From NCBI GenBank assembly GCA_964481675.1, contig CAYZVY010000001.1, positions 14,006 through 78,005 of the forward strand: a DNA stretch of 64,000 bases, written 5' to 3'. Positions 38,105 through 47,914 of the stretch are shown piece by piece. Numbering within the stretch: the stretch's first letter is position 1; each line of letters opens with the position of its first letter. The notes beneath the pieces are model-generated. The model was not told where the DNA came from. It saw only the letters and a list, made by a program, of their open reading frames with translations, and ran no database searches. The position numbers and the translations under genes are program-made. The stretch is from an uncultured Verrucomicrobiota bacterium. GTDB lineage: Bacteria; Verrucomicrobiota; Kiritimatiellia; CAIKKV01.

Positions 38105-38742
38105 CCCGGTTCCCCCCCAGGCGCGCCCCCTCCCGCGGCATGACGCTGCTTGAAGTGCTGCTGGGCGTCCTGCTGCTCACCCTCGTCGCCGCCCTGGCCT
38201 TTTCGATTGTCCTCGGCGCGAGCCGGGCCTTTGAGCGGCAGGCCGACTGGGCCGCCCGGATCAAGCCCGCCTCCGAAACCCTGGATGTGCTGGTCCTGGA
38301 TCTGGCGGGCGCGATGATCCCCGAGACGGGCGAGCCGCCCTATTTCCGCCTTGCGGAGGGGGCGGCCGGCTCCGAGCTTCGCCTGGTCACCGCCGCGCCG
38401 CCGGCGGATCCGGCGCTTCCCCTCAGCCGCTTCCGCGTGCTGCGCGTGGAGTGGCGGCTGGAGGCGGACGACGCGGGCCGGCCCGGGCTGGTGCGGGTGG
38501 CCCGGCCGGAGCGGGCGGCGGGCGAGGTGGTGCCCGAGCGGTTTCGCGCCGCCGGCGTGACCGCCTTTACGATCACGGTTTACAACAACGACCTGAAAAA
38601 ATGGGTGCCGCTCTGGCTGACGGGGCCCGGCGGGGCGCTTCCGGCGGCGGCGCGGGTGGAGCTGACGATCCGGACGTCGCGAGGAACGGAAACGCTGAGG
38701 CGCGACGCCGTGATTCCGGCGGGCCTCCCCATCGGCCGTTAA
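38101..38742 (+). CDS. Prepilin-type N-terminal cleavage/methylation domain protein (pseudopilin)
   Basis: GTG start overlapping the FHA stop (GTGA). Leader MTRFPPRRAPSRG followed by MTLLEVLLGVLLLTLVAALAF (class III signal: basic leader ending in G, Glu at +5). Confidence 0.55.
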   Translation: MTRFPPRRAPSRGMTLLEVLLGVLLLTLVAALAFSIVLGASRAFERQADWAARIKPASETLDVLVLDLAGAMIPETGEPPYFRLAEGAAGSELRLVTAAPPADPALPLSRFRVLRVEWRLEADDAGRPGLVRVARPERAAGEVVPERFRAAGVTAFTITVYNNDLKKWVPLWLTGPGGALPAAARVELTIRTSRGTETLRRDAVIPAGLPIGR

Positions 38743-38758
38743 GCCCGCCCCCGGGCCA

Positions 38759-39964
38759 TCAGGGCACCACTTCGCGGATGGCGTTTTCCAGCGTGTCGAC
38801 GCAGTGCGCCCAGGTGAAGCGCTGGCGGACCGTGGCCATGGCGCGGTCGGCGAGCCGCTTGCGCAGGACGCGGTCGGTGAGCAGCAGGCTGATGTTTTCC
38901 AGCATGACGTGGGGCGTGTCGGCGAGCAGGATGTTGTAGCCCGGCTCCAGGGGGAGCCCTTCGGCCGACCGGGAGGTGGCCACCACGGGGAGGCCGGCGG
39001 CCATGGCCTGGAGCAGCTTGCCGCGGAAGCCCGTGCCCATGCGCATGGGGCAGACATAGATGCGGCTGCGGGCCAGGTAGGGGGCCACGTCGGCCACTTC
39101 GCCGGTGACGATGATGGCCGGATCGCGCCTGGCCAGATCCTGGATCTCGGGCGGCGGGCTGCTGCCGACCACATAGAATTTCAGGGCCGGGTAGAGCCGG
39201 CGGAGCTTGGGCCAGACGGTGTGGGCGAACCAGAGGACGGCGTCCAGGTTCGGCTCGTCCTTGTAGTAGGCGGTGAAGACGATGCTCTCCTCGCGGCCCG
39301 CATCGCCCTCGGGCGGCGGGCTGAACCGCTGCGTGTCCACGCCGTAGGGCGACACTTCGATCCGGATATTGGGATCCATTTTCAGGATATCCTGCCGCTC
39401 ATCCTCGGTGAGGGTCAGCACCATGTCGGCGCTGCGGTACATGGCCATCTCGTACCGCCTCAGGCGGGGCAGGGCCAGCCGTTTCCAGAAGGTGGCCAGG
39501 GAGGCGGGGTCGATCTGGATGGCCTTCTGGAAGGCCGAGGAGGCGCAGCTGTGGACCGAGACGATGCGCCGCACGGCGGGCAGGTGGACGTTCCGGAACA
39601 GGTACTGGCCCATGCCCGAGAACTCGGCGATCACCACGTCGTAATGCGACCGGTTGACCATCCGGCCCACCAGCTCGCCCATGCGCGGGTCGGTCATCTG
39701 GTTGAGCGGCGACGGCACCGGGCCGAACAGGTGGTTCCAGAGTTTTTCGCGCGCGGTGAGGGGCGCGGGCGGGGGAAGCATTTCCAGCTCCGACACCAGG
39801 CCGCGCATCTCCTCGATGCCGGCGGTCTCGCCGGGATCGCAGAAGGAGGCCAGGCCGACCTGGAAGCCGCGCTCCGCGAGCAGGCGGATGCGGTGATGGA
39901 TCACGATGAAGCCGCTGTAGACGCGGGAGTGGGGGAGGGCGCGGGTGACGAACAGCACCTTCAT
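38759..39964 (-). CDS. Glycosyltransferase family 4 (GT-B, GT1 domain)
   Basis: C-terminal GT1 motif GTGFRGKLLQAMAAGLPVVAT. 401 aa from MKVLFVT. ATGA overlap with the upstream gene. Confidence 0.7.
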   Translation of the reverse strand: MKVLFVTRALPHSRVYSGFIVIHHRIRLLAERGFQVGLASFCDPGETAGIEEMRGLVSELEMLPPPAPLTAREKLWNHLFGPVPSPLNQMTDPRMGELVGRMVNRSHYDVVIAEFSGMGQYLFRNVHLPAVRRIVSVHSCASSAFQKAIQIDPASLATFWKRLALPRLRRYEMAMYRSADMVLTLTEDERQDILKMDPNIRIEVSPYGVDTQRFSPPPEGDAGREESIVFTAYYKDEPNLDAVLWFAHTVWPKLRRLYPALKFYVVGSSPPPEIQDLARRDPAIIVTGEVADVAPYLARSRIYVCPMRMGTGFRGKLLQAMAAGLPVVATSRSAEGLPLEPGYNILLADTPHVMLENISLLLTDRVLRKRLADRAMATVRQRFTWAHCVDTLENAIREVVP

Positions 39965-40962
39965 ACGACGCGCCTCGCCAGGAATTCGGCCTCGTCCACG
40001 GCCGCGGCGGTCACCTCCTCGTGGCGGGAGCCGTCGGGCATGCGCACAGTGAGCCGGACCGGACCCGCGGCCTTCACGTAGCGGGCGGCGATGGCGCAGG
40101 CCAGGGCCAGCTCCTCCTCGCTGGCCGTGGCGTTCAGCAGGCAGGTGGGGCCGTTGCCCACGGCGGCCTGGATCCACAGGTAGCCGCGCGGGTTGAGCGC
40201 CTCCAGCGCCTCGTTGTCCGCCTGGTCGCGGCCGACGATCAGCTTCACGTCGTCGCCCAGCCGGAAGTGGCGGCCGTGGAAGAGGAGCTTCACGGCGGCG
40301 AGGTCGTGGACCGACTCGTGCGCGCGGAGGTCGCGCAGGCGGCGGGCGAAGTTGGGCTCGGCCAGGCAGCAGCCGCCGCTGACCGCGGGGATGGCGGTGA
40401 TGCCGAAGCGGGCGGCGACCTCGCGGTGGCCTTTCCGGCTGCGCCCGTTCAGGGCGAGGAGGCGGGCGCGGTCGATGAGGCCGCGCTTCTCGACCGGGCT
40501 CTCGGGCAGGGCGAGGGCGCAGAGGGGGCGGACCAGCACGTCCTCGACGCCGCCTTCCGCGGCGACCAGCTTGAGCGCCCGGTGGGTCTGTGACATGGGG
40601 CGCTGGTTGAGGATTTCGCCCGTGAAGAGAAAGTCGTAGCCCTCGGCCTCGCGCAGCGCGTTGGCGCGGAGGAGCATGCGGGCATGGCAGTCGATGCAGG
40701 GGTTGAGGCCCGCGCCGAAGCCGTGGCGGGGGTGGTCGATCAGGTCCGCGATATCGAGGGTGAAGTCGATGACCCGGAGGGGGATGCCGGCTGCGGCGGC
40801 GGCGACCCGGGCGCGGGCGGCGGAGAAGAAGGGGCTTTCGAAGGAGAGGCCGAGCACCTCGATGCCCTGGTCCCGCACGAGCCGGGCCGCCAGAAGGCTG
40901 TCGAGGCCGCCGGAGAGGAGGCCGATGGCGCGGACGGGGCGGGTTGTCGTTTCAGGGGTCAT
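39961..40962 (-). CDS. PP-loop ATP pyrophosphatase, ThiI-like (tRNA sulfurtransferase family, no THUMP domain)
   Basis: PP-loop LLSGGLDS. CIDCH ... FTGEILNQRPMSQT resembles the ThiI tGEslgQvaSQT block. Confidence 0.5.
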   Translation of the reverse strand: MTPETTTRPVRAIGLLSGGLDSLLAARLVRDQGIEVLGLSFESPFFSAARARVAAAAAGIPLRVIDFTLDIADLIDHPRHGFGAGLNPCIDCHARMLLRANALREAEGYDFLFTGEILNQRPMSQTHRALKLVAAEGGVEDVLVRPLCALALPESPVEKRGLIDRARLLALNGRSRKGHREVAARFGITAIPAVSGGCCLAEPNFARRLRDLRAHESVHDLAAVKLLFHGRHFRLGDDVKLIVGRDQADNEALEALNPRGYLWIQAAVGNGPTCLLNATASEEELALACAIAARYVKAAGPVRLTVRMPDGSRHEEVTAAAVDEAEFLARRVV

Positions 40963-41010
40963 TAATTCCGTCCAGTCTATCCCGCCCGGAGTTTGAAGGC
41001 AAGCGCAAGG

Positions 41011-41067
41011 AATAGCGGATAGCGAATAGCGAATGGTATCCGCTATCCGCTATCCGCTATTCGCTAT
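41011..41067. repeat. Inverted array of tandem heptamers
   Basis: Left arm AATAGCG GATAGCG AATAGCG. Right arm TATCCGC TATCCGC TATCCGC TATTCGC. The arms are reverse complements of each other, giving an imperfect hairpin between the RND operon end and the thiI-like start. Confidence 0.45.
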
Positions 41068-41070
41068 GCT

Positions 41071-41367
41071 TCACCCCAGCTGCTGGTCGATGGTCCACAG
41101 GAAGGCCTTGATGCCTTCGGTGGCGCCGAGTTCGCGGCGGAGGCGGGCGAGGACGTCCATGACGGCCGGGGCCAGCTCGTCGGGCACGACCATGAGGGTG
41201 CAGGCGTTGGCGCCGGGCCAGATGTGGTCGTCCAGCCGCGGGCCGGTGCGCTTGCCCTTGCCGACGACGCGGGGGAACTTGGTGTAGCAGCAGACGCCGG
41301 CGGCGGCCACGGCCTGGAGCACCTCCTCGTCCACCGCCACGTTGTACACGGCCATGATCATTTTCAT
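41071..41367 (-). CDS. Small PII-like protein encoded at the 3' end of the RND operon (DUF3240-like)
   Basis: 98 aa MKMIMAVYNVAVDEEVLQAVAAAG... with a beta-alpha-beta-beta-alpha-beta pattern. GGAGAG RBS. 20 nt downstream of the RND stop. Confidence 0.45.
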   Translation of the reverse strand: MKMIMAVYNVAVDEEVLQAVAAAGVCCYTKFPRVVGKGKRTGPRLDDHIWPGANACTLMVVPDELAPAVMDVLARLRRELGATEGIKAFLWTIDQQLG

Positions 41368-41387
41368 GAGGGCTCTCCATCCGGCCG

Positions 41388-44300
41388 TCAGGCGGCTTTG
41401 CGTTTGAACCAGCTGTAGATGACGGGCACCAGCACGAGGGTGACCAGGGTGGACATGCTGAGGCCGCCGATGACGGTGATGGCCAGGGGGCGCCATGACT
41501 CGGACCCCACGCCCCGGCTGACGGCGAGGGGCATCATGCCGAAGACGGTCGTGAGGGTCGTGATGAGCACGGGCCGCAGGCGCTGGGCGCCGGAGTGGCG
41601 GACGGCGTCGATCATGCTTTCGCCGCGCGCCCGCAGGATGTTGGTGTAGTCGATCAGCACGATGGCGTTGTTCACCACGGTGCCGACCAGCAGGATCATG
41701 CCGATCAGGGACATCAGGCTGACGGCGGTGCCGGTGAGGAACAGGGCCAGCAGCACGCCGGTGAAGCCGAAGGGGATCGAGAACATGATGATGAAGGGAT
41801 CCAGGAAGGATTCGAACTGGGCCGCCATCACCATGTAGACCAGGACCATGCCGAGAAGGAGCAGGAGGAACAGGTCGCGGAACGACTTCTGCTGCTCCTC
41901 CACCAGGCCGCCGTAGGTGAGGCCGACCCCGGCGGGGAGGGCGACGCGCGCCGCGAGGGCCTCGCGCAGGTCGGCCGCCACCTCGCCCATGGTGCGCGTC
42001 TCGAAGTTCATCTCCACCTTGACCAGCCGCTCCTGGTCCTTGCGCTCGATGGTCACCGGCCCGCGCTCCTCCGCCACCGCCGCCAGCGCGTCGATCCGGA
42101 TGCGCCGGCCGTCGGGCAGGGCGATCTCCGTGTTCAGCAGGTCCTGGATGGAGCCGCGTTCGAATTCCGCGAGCTGCATCACGACGTCGTATTCCTCCTC
42201 GGCCTCCCGGTAGGTGGTGGCCGTCTTGCCGGAGAAGAGCGTGCGCAGGGAGTCGACGATGGTGGAGACGGGCACGCCGAGCGCCGCGGCCTTGACGCGG
42301 TCGATGCGCACGGCCAGCTCCTGGTTGCCGTTGTCGCGGCTGATCGTGATGTCGCGCGCGCCGGGGACGGTCTCGGCGACCGCCTTGACCTCGCGGGCGA
42401 TGCGGTCGGTCGTCTCCAGGTCGTGGCCCAGGATTTCGACGACGATGGGCTTGCCGCCGCCGCCCATCAGCATCTGGCTCATCTGGTCGCCCGTGTCGAC
42501 CGACAGCTTCATGATGTCCGGCCACTGCCGCAGGCGGTTGCCGAGGGCGATGCCGAGCGCCTTGGACGACTGCTTGCGCTGGGTGACGGGCACCATCTTG
42601 AACGACAGGCGGCCGATGTGGGAGCCTTCCGAGCTGCCGAAATAGGAGTTCTTGGCCGTGCCGCAGCGCCAGGCATACAGGCGCACGGCCCCGGGCTCCG
42701 CCACCTCCTGGCTGAGCTCCACGATCCGCCGCATGGCGGCCGCGGTGGTCTCCACGCGCGTGCTGACGGGCAGCTGGACGGTGACGGTCAGGTCGCCGCT
42801 GTCCTGCTCCGGGGTGAATTCCGTGCCGATCAGCGGGAGCAGGAGCAGGGTGGCGCAGAAGCCGAGCACGCCGATCAGGAGGACCAGGGGGCGGTGGCCC
42901 AGGGCCCAGGCCAGCAGGCGGCCGTACCCGTTTTCGAATGACAGGAACCCCCGCTCGCTCCATTCCAGGAAGCGGCGGCTGAGGGGGCCCAGGCGGGCCT
43001 TGCGGACGGCCGGGGGCTGCATCAGGCGGGAGCAGAGCATGGGGGTGAGCAGGACGGCGCAGAGCAGGCTGGCCAGCAGGGTCACGGTGACCACGCCGCC
43101 GAGCTGGGTGAAGAAGATGCCCACGATCCCCTTGACGAAGATGAGCGGGAGGAACACGACGATGGTGGTGAAGGTGCTGGCGGAGATGGCCAGGCCGACC
43201 TCCTCGGCGCCGTAGATGGAGGCCTCCCGCACCTTTTCCCCGCGCTCGATGTGGCTGGTGATGTTCTCGAGCACCACGACCGCGTTGTCCACCACCATGC
43301 CGATGGCGATGGCCATGGCCGCCAGGCTGAGCACGTTGAGCGTCCAGCCCATCAGGTACATGAAGGCGAAGGCGAGGATCAGCGAGAAGGGGATCGTCAG
43401 GGCGATGACGATGGAGCCGCGGATGCTGCGGAGGAAGAAGAAGGAGGTCAGGATCACGAACAGGCCGCCCCAGAAGACGGTGCCGGTGACGTTGTCGATG
43501 GAGTCGCGGATGAAGTTGCTGCTGTTCTGGATGACGTTGATCTGGATGTCGCGCGGCAGGTTCTCCTTCAGCTTCGCCATTTCGCGCAGCACGTCCTCGC
43601 ACACCTTCACCGTGTTGGCGCCCGAGCGCTTCTGGACCAGCATGACCATGCCGCGCCGGCCCATGGATTCCACGAGGCGGGTCTCCTCCTCGAAGCCGTC
43701 CTCGACCGCGGCCACGTCCCGCAGGTAGACGATCCGGCCGCCGGCGCGCTTGACGGGGATGTCCGGGATCTCGCGCGGCGCCTGGTATTCGCCGGGCACG
43801 CGGATCGTGTAGTCGACGGTCCCGATTTTCATCGAGCCGGCGGGCAGGGTCAGGTTTTCGGCCCGCAGCGCGTTTTCGACGTCGGCCAGGGTCAGGCCGC
43901 AGGCGGCAAGCCGGTCGCGGCTGAGGCGGACGTTGATCTGCCGGTGCGGGGCGCCGAACGACTGGACCGCGCCCACGCCGGGCAGCCGCTTGAGCGGGTC
44001 GGCGAGCTCGTCGTCGATGATCGTCTCGAGCCGCTCCCAGCTTTCGCCGCACGTGATGCCGACGAAGACCACGGGCATCATGGCGGTGTTGAACTTGAAG
44101 ATGAACGGGGTCTCGACGTCGTCCGGCATCATCCGCTTGGCGAACTCCAGCCGGTCCCGGATATCGTTGGACGCCTCGTCCAGGTCCGTTCCCCAGTTGA
44201 ACTGGCAGGTGACGCTGGAGAGCCCCTCGCGGGTGACGCTGGTGATTTTGTCCAGGTTGTTGATGATGCTCAGGTTGTTCTCGATGGCCCGGGTCACCTT

Positions 44301-44483
44301 GGTTTCCACGTCCTCGGTGCTGGCCCCGGACCAGGCCGTGATGACGCTGATGGCCGGCGGCTCGATTTCGGGCATCAGGTCGAGGGGGAGGAGGTACAGC
44401 GACACCAGGCCCAGCACCAGGATGGCGAAGAAGACCATCGTGGTGGTGACGGGTTTGGACACGCCCAGTTCGGAGAGTTTCAT
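41388..44483 (-). CDS. RND-superfamily efflux transporter (AcrB/CzcA family)
   Basis: 1031 aa, 12 TM helices, N-terminal MKLSELGVSKPVTTTMVFFAILVLG, two large periplasmic loops. Confidence 0.85.
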   Translation of the reverse strand: MKLSELGVSKPVTTTMVFFAILVLGLVSLYLLPLDLMPEIEPPAISVITAWSGASTEDVETKVTRAIENNLSIINNLDKITSVTREGLSSVTCQFNWGTDLDEASNDIRDRLEFAKRMMPDDVETPFIFKFNTAMMPVVFVGITCGESWERLETIIDDELADPLKRLPGVGAVQSFGAPHRQINVRLSRDRLAACGLTLADVENALRAENLTLPAGSMKIGTVDYTIRVPGEYQAPREIPDIPVKRAGGRIVYLRDVAAVEDGFEEETRLVESMGRRGMVMLVQKRSGANTVKVCEDVLREMAKLKENLPRDIQINVIQNSSNFIRDSIDNVTGTVFWGGLFVILTSFFFLRSIRGSIVIALTIPFSLILAFAFMYLMGWTLNVLSLAAMAIAIGMVVDNAVVVLENITSHIERGEKVREASIYGAEEVGLAISASTFTTIVVFLPLIFVKGIVGIFFTQLGGVVTVTLLASLLCAVLLTPMLCSRLMQPPAVRKARLGPLSRRFLEWSERGFLSFENGYGRLLAWALGHRPLVLLIGVLGFCATLLLLPLIGTEFTPEQDSGDLTVTVQLPVSTRVETTAAAMRRIVELSQEVAEPGAVRLYAWRCGTAKNSYFGSSEGSHIGRLSFKMVPVTQRKQSSKALGIALGNRLRQWPDIMKLSVDTGDQMSQMLMGGGGKPIVVEILGHDLETTDRIAREVKAVAETVPGARDITISRDNGNQELAVRIDRVKAAALGVPVSTIVDSLRTLFSGKTATTYREAEEEYDVVMQLAEFERGSIQDLLNTEIALPDGRRIRIDALAAVAEERGPVTIERKDQERLVKVEMNFETRTMGEVAADLREALAARVALPAGVGLTYGGLVEEQQKSFRDLFLLLLLGMVLVYMVMAAQFESFLDPFIIMFSIPFGFTGVLLALFLTGTAVSLMSLIGMILLVGTVVNNAIVLIDYTNILRARGESMIDAVRHSGAQRLRPVLITTLTTVFGMMPLAVSRGVGSESWRPLAITVIGGLSMSTLVTLVLVPVIYSWFKRKAA

Positions 44484-45700
44484 GGCCGCATCTCCGGGGC
44501 CGCCGCGGCGTCCGCGGGGGCGGCCCTGACGTCAACCGCCGTCCCGTCCGTCAGCCGCTGCTGGCCGGAGACGACCAGCGGGTCGCCTTCCGCGAGGCCG
44601 TCGAGGATCTCGACCTGCGCCCCGTCACGCAGGCCCGGCTTAACGTCGCGCGAGACGGCCTTGTTGTCGCGGGCCAGATAGACCAGGCTGCGCTCGCGCA
44701 CGCGGATGATGGCGTCGGCCGGCACGGCCAGGGCGTTGTCGTGCGTGTCCAGGACGATCCGGATGGTGGCATACATGCCCGCCTTCAGGGGCGGGCCCTG
44801 TTTGCCGGTCGGGTCGCCCGGCACGCGCAGCTCCACGGTGGCGGTGCGGGTGGCCTCGTTCACCTCCGGGAAGACGGCGCGGATGGCGGCCGGGAAGGTG
44901 CGGTCCGGCCACACGTCCACGCCGACGTCGGCGGTGGCGCGGCCCGACGCCAGGGCGGGCAGGTGGCGGGTGGGAAGGGCCACCAGGATGCGCAGGTCGG
45001 CGGAGACGATGCGGAGGAGGGGGGCGGCGGGCGAGACCAGGGCGCCGGGGTCGGCGTATTTCGCCGACACCAGCCCGTCGAAGGGCGCGCGGAGGGTGGC
45101 CTCGGTCCGCGTGACCTCGGCCGACTGGGCGCCGGCCCGGGCCTGGTCCAGCTGGGCCTTGGCCTGGACGAGGGCGGCGGCGGCGCGGTCGTCCGCCGTG
45201 GCGGCGCGGTCGCGGGACTGTTCGGTGGCGGAGCCCTTGGCGAGCAGGTTTTCGGCCCGCTGGCGCTCCCGCCGGGTGTCGGCATAGGCGGCCTGCGCGG
45301 CCAGCACGCCGGCCTCGGCGGTGGCGACGGCCGCGGCGGCCGCGGCGGCCTGGGCGTCCAGGTCCCGGTGGTCCAGCACGGCCACGATGTCGCCGGCCTT
45401 GACGGGGGTCCCTTCCTCGATGAGGCCGCCGGCCTCGTTCCCGAGCCGGCTCAGGCGGCCGGAGATCTTGGGCTTCAGGTCCACCTGGAGGAGCGGCTCG
45501 AGGTTGCCGTTGAGGACGAGAACCTGGCGCAGGGTGGCGCGGGAGACGGGCTCCACGCGCACCGGGATGGCGTTCAGGGCGGCGGTCGGGGCCTTCGACT
45601 GCTTGCTCCGGGCGGCCATGTAGCGGAAGCCGAACACCGTGGCGGCCACGATGGCGAGCAGGATCAGGCTGTAGAGGATCGGGCGGGCGGCGCGTGTCAT
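44480..45700 (-). CDS. RND efflux membrane fusion protein (periplasmic adaptor)
   Basis: N-terminal TM anchor, coiled-coil hairpin region rich in Ala/Gln, beta-barrel and MP domains. ATGA overlaps on both sides. Confidence 0.75.
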   Translation of the reverse strand: MTRAARPILYSLILLAIVAATVFGFRYMAARSKQSKAPTAALNAIPVRVEPVSRATLRQVLVLNGNLEPLLQVDLKPKISGRLSRLGNEAGGLIEEGTPVKAGDIVAVLDHRDLDAQAAAAAAAVATAEAGVLAAQAAYADTRRERQRAENLLAKGSATEQSRDRAATADDRAAAALVQAKAQLDQARAGAQSAEVTRTEATLRAPFDGLVSAKYADPGALVSPAAPLLRIVSADLRILVALPTRHLPALASGRATADVGVDVWPDRTFPAAIRAVFPEVNEATRTATVELRVPGDPTGKQGPPLKAGMYATIRIVLDTHDNALAVPADAIIRVRERSLVYLARDNKAVSRDVKPGLRDGAQVEILDGLAEGDPLVVSGQQRLTDGTAVDVRAAPADAAAAPEMRP

Positions 45701-47133
45701 GGCTGGGCTCCGGGTTGAAATTCCTTGAGGGCGGCGGGATCGGCGTCCAGCGGCGCGAGCACGCCGGTGGCCCGCCGCAGGCTGAGGCGCGCCACGGTGT
45801 GGGCGTAGAGGGCCTGCGCATGCAGGCCTTCGGCCAGCCGCAGGGCGGCGCGGGCGTCGGTCAGGTCGGTGCCGGTGTTGACGCCTTCGCGGAAGCCGGC
45901 CTCGGCCAGGGAGAGCGCCTCGCGGGCGCGGGAGAGGTTCAGCTCCTGGACGGCCACCACCTTTTCGGCGTCCTGCAGGTTGGCGAGGGACTGGTTGATT
46001 TCCAGCAGGACCTGCTCCTCGGAGCCGGCCCGCTCCGCGCGGCGGCGCTCGAGCAGGGCCTTTTCCTGGGCGATCCGCCCCTCGCGGGCCAGGCCGTCGA
46101 AAAGGGGAACTTCCACCTGGACCCCGGCCACCCAGTCGCGCTTCCACTCGCTGTCGTCGGGGGAGCCGTCCTCGCGGTAGAACCACTCGTGCGAGGCGAC
46201 GCCGGTGACGGCGGGATAGTAGCGGCTGCGGGCGACCTGGAGGGACTCGCCCTGGAGGCGGACGAGGAGGTCGGCCTGGTAGAGGTCCGGCCGGTTGAGG
46301 TGGGCGAGCCGGAGCGCGGCGTCCAGCTTCGGATCGGCCTTTTCGAACGTGAGGGCGCCGGCGATCTGAAGCGCCGGGTCGGCGGTCACGCCCATGAGCT
46401 GGAAGAGGCGGGTGCGGGCCAGGCGGCTGCGGTTCTGCTGCTGGATCAGGTCGGATTCCGCGTTGGCCACGGCCACTTCGGCGCGCAGGACGTCGTAGCG
46501 GGAGGCGGTGCCGGCGGCGGCCATGTCGCGCGCGGACTTGAGCTGGGCCGCGGCGGAATCGAGCGAGGCCCGGGCCACGGCCTGGAGGCGTTCGGCCAGC
46601 AGCCCCTCGTAAAAGGACGCGGCCGTGCCGTAGAGGACGCCCTGGACGCCGGACCGGATCAGCTCGTCGGCCCAGTAGGCATAGAGGCGGGAGGCCTTCA
46701 GGGCGGCCCCGATCGCGCCGCCGCGGTACAGGGGCTGGCGGACGGTGAGCGAGGCGGAGTAGAGGCTGAAGGGATCGGCGGGGGCGTTCGCCGAAATGGA
46801 TTCCGAGGGACCGATGCGGGAATAGCCGCCGTTGGCGGAGAGGGTTGGCAGCGCGACGCCGTAGGATTCGGTGATGCGGCCCGCCGCGATGTCCTTTTCC
46901 AGCAGGACGGACTGCAGCTGCTTGTTGTTGGCCATGGCCAGCTTGAGCGCGTCGGGCAGGGTCAGGGTTCCGGTGATCCGGGGAACCTCCCGGTCGGTTC
47001 CGTCGAGGCGGTTGGACCAGGTCACGGCGGCGGCTTCCCGGCTGCGGTGCGTGTCCTGCTCGATGTCGCGGCGGCTCACGCAGCCGGCGGCGAGCAGGAG
47101 GAGCAGGGGAAGAAGGCGGGGCGGGAGACTCAT
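45697..47133 (-). CDS. Outer membrane efflux protein (TolC-like OMF), lipoprotein
   Basis: Lipobox LLLLAAGC followed by duplicated helical-barrel repeats of the OMF family. 478 aa. Confidence 0.75.
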   Translation of the reverse strand: MSLPPRLLPLLLLLAAGCVSRRDIEQDTHRSREAAAVTWSNRLDGTDREVPRITGTLTLPDALKLAMANNKQLQSVLLEKDIAAGRITESYGVALPTLSANGGYSRIGPSESISANAPADPFSLYSASLTVRQPLYRGGAIGAALKASRLYAYWADELIRSGVQGVLYGTAASFYEGLLAERLQAVARASLDSAAAQLKSARDMAAAGTASRYDVLRAEVAVANAESDLIQQQNRSRLARTRLFQLMGVTADPALQIAGALTFEKADPKLDAALRLAHLNRPDLYQADLLVRLQGESLQVARSRYYPAVTGVASHEWFYREDGSPDDSEWKRDWVAGVQVEVPLFDGLAREGRIAQEKALLERRRAERAGSEEQVLLEINQSLANLQDAEKVVAVQELNLSRAREALSLAEAGFREGVNTGTDLTDARAALRLAEGLHAQALYAHTVARLSLRRATGVLAPLDADPAALKEFQPGAQP

Positions 47134-47780
47134 GGCGGGGTTCCTTGCGTCCTGAGAATGGTGCTGAACGTGTGGCGCGCTTTTTCCGAAAGCGCGCTGA
47201 GCGGTTCCTTGAAATCGCCCATGGCCCAGTACCGGATCATGGCGGAGATGAAGCCCTCGTAGCAGAAGGTGAGGAGCTGGGGGTCGAGCGGAATGAGTTC
47301 GCCGGATTGGACGCCCCGCTTGAACAGCGCGTGGAGCGACTCGGAATAATGGAGGTGGAAGCGCCGGATTTCGGCGGGCATGGACCGGATCACGGTGCCT
47401 TCGGACGACTGGAAGAAGAGGCGGACGAAGGCCTGGTGGAGGGTGAAATGGGCCAGCGACAGGTCGAGAAGGCCGCCCAGGGTTTCGATCGCGCCCTTAC
47501 CGGCGGCCAGGACGGCGTCGAACCGGCGGGTGAACTCCTCGTGGTGGGAGAAGATGACCCGGGTGTAGAGGTCATCCTTGTTCTTGAAGAAATTGTAGAG
47601 CGTGCCGACCGAATAGCCGGATTCGCGGGCGATCTCCTCGATGGTCGCGTCATGGAATCCCTTGCGGGCGAAGACGGATTCGGCGGCCCGGAGAATGGCC
47701 TGCTGGTGCCCTTCGCGCTCCCGTTCCTTGCGGAGCGTCTTCCGGGTGGCCTCGGCATTGTTTTTTGAATGCTTATTCAT
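47130..47780 (-). CDS. TetR/AcrR-family transcriptional repressor
   Basis: N-terminal HTH AILRAAESVFARKGFHDATIEEIARESGYSVGTLYNFFKNKDDLY. Heads the efflux operon. Confidence 0.8.
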   Translation of the reverse strand: MNKHSKNNAEATRKTLRKEREREGHQQAILRAAESVFARKGFHDATIEEIARESGYSVGTLYNFFKNKDDLYTRVIFSHHEEFTRRFDAVLAAGKGAIETLGGLLDLSLAHFTLHQAFVRLFFQSSEGTVIRSMPAEIRRFHLHYSESLHALFKRGVQSGELIPLDPQLLTFCYEGFISAMIRYWAMGDFKEPLSALSEKARHTFSTILRTQGTPP

Positions 47781-47914
47781 TATATGAATCTTATTTCAAT
47801 TGATGAATCAGTATTCAATTGAAAGGCCCCGCTGTCAAGGGCTTTTTGTCGGCTTGCCAACGGGCCCAGGCTTGGATAGGGTGGTCGCGTTCACCTTTAT
47901 ATAAGGAAGACAAC

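Noticed and set aside
41071-44535. 1154-aa minus-strand ORF overlapping the RND gene
   Set aside because: Alternate frame of the RND transporter with Arg/Pro/Gly low-complexity translation. Only its last 98 codons (41071-41367) look like a real protein (PII-like) with its own RBS.
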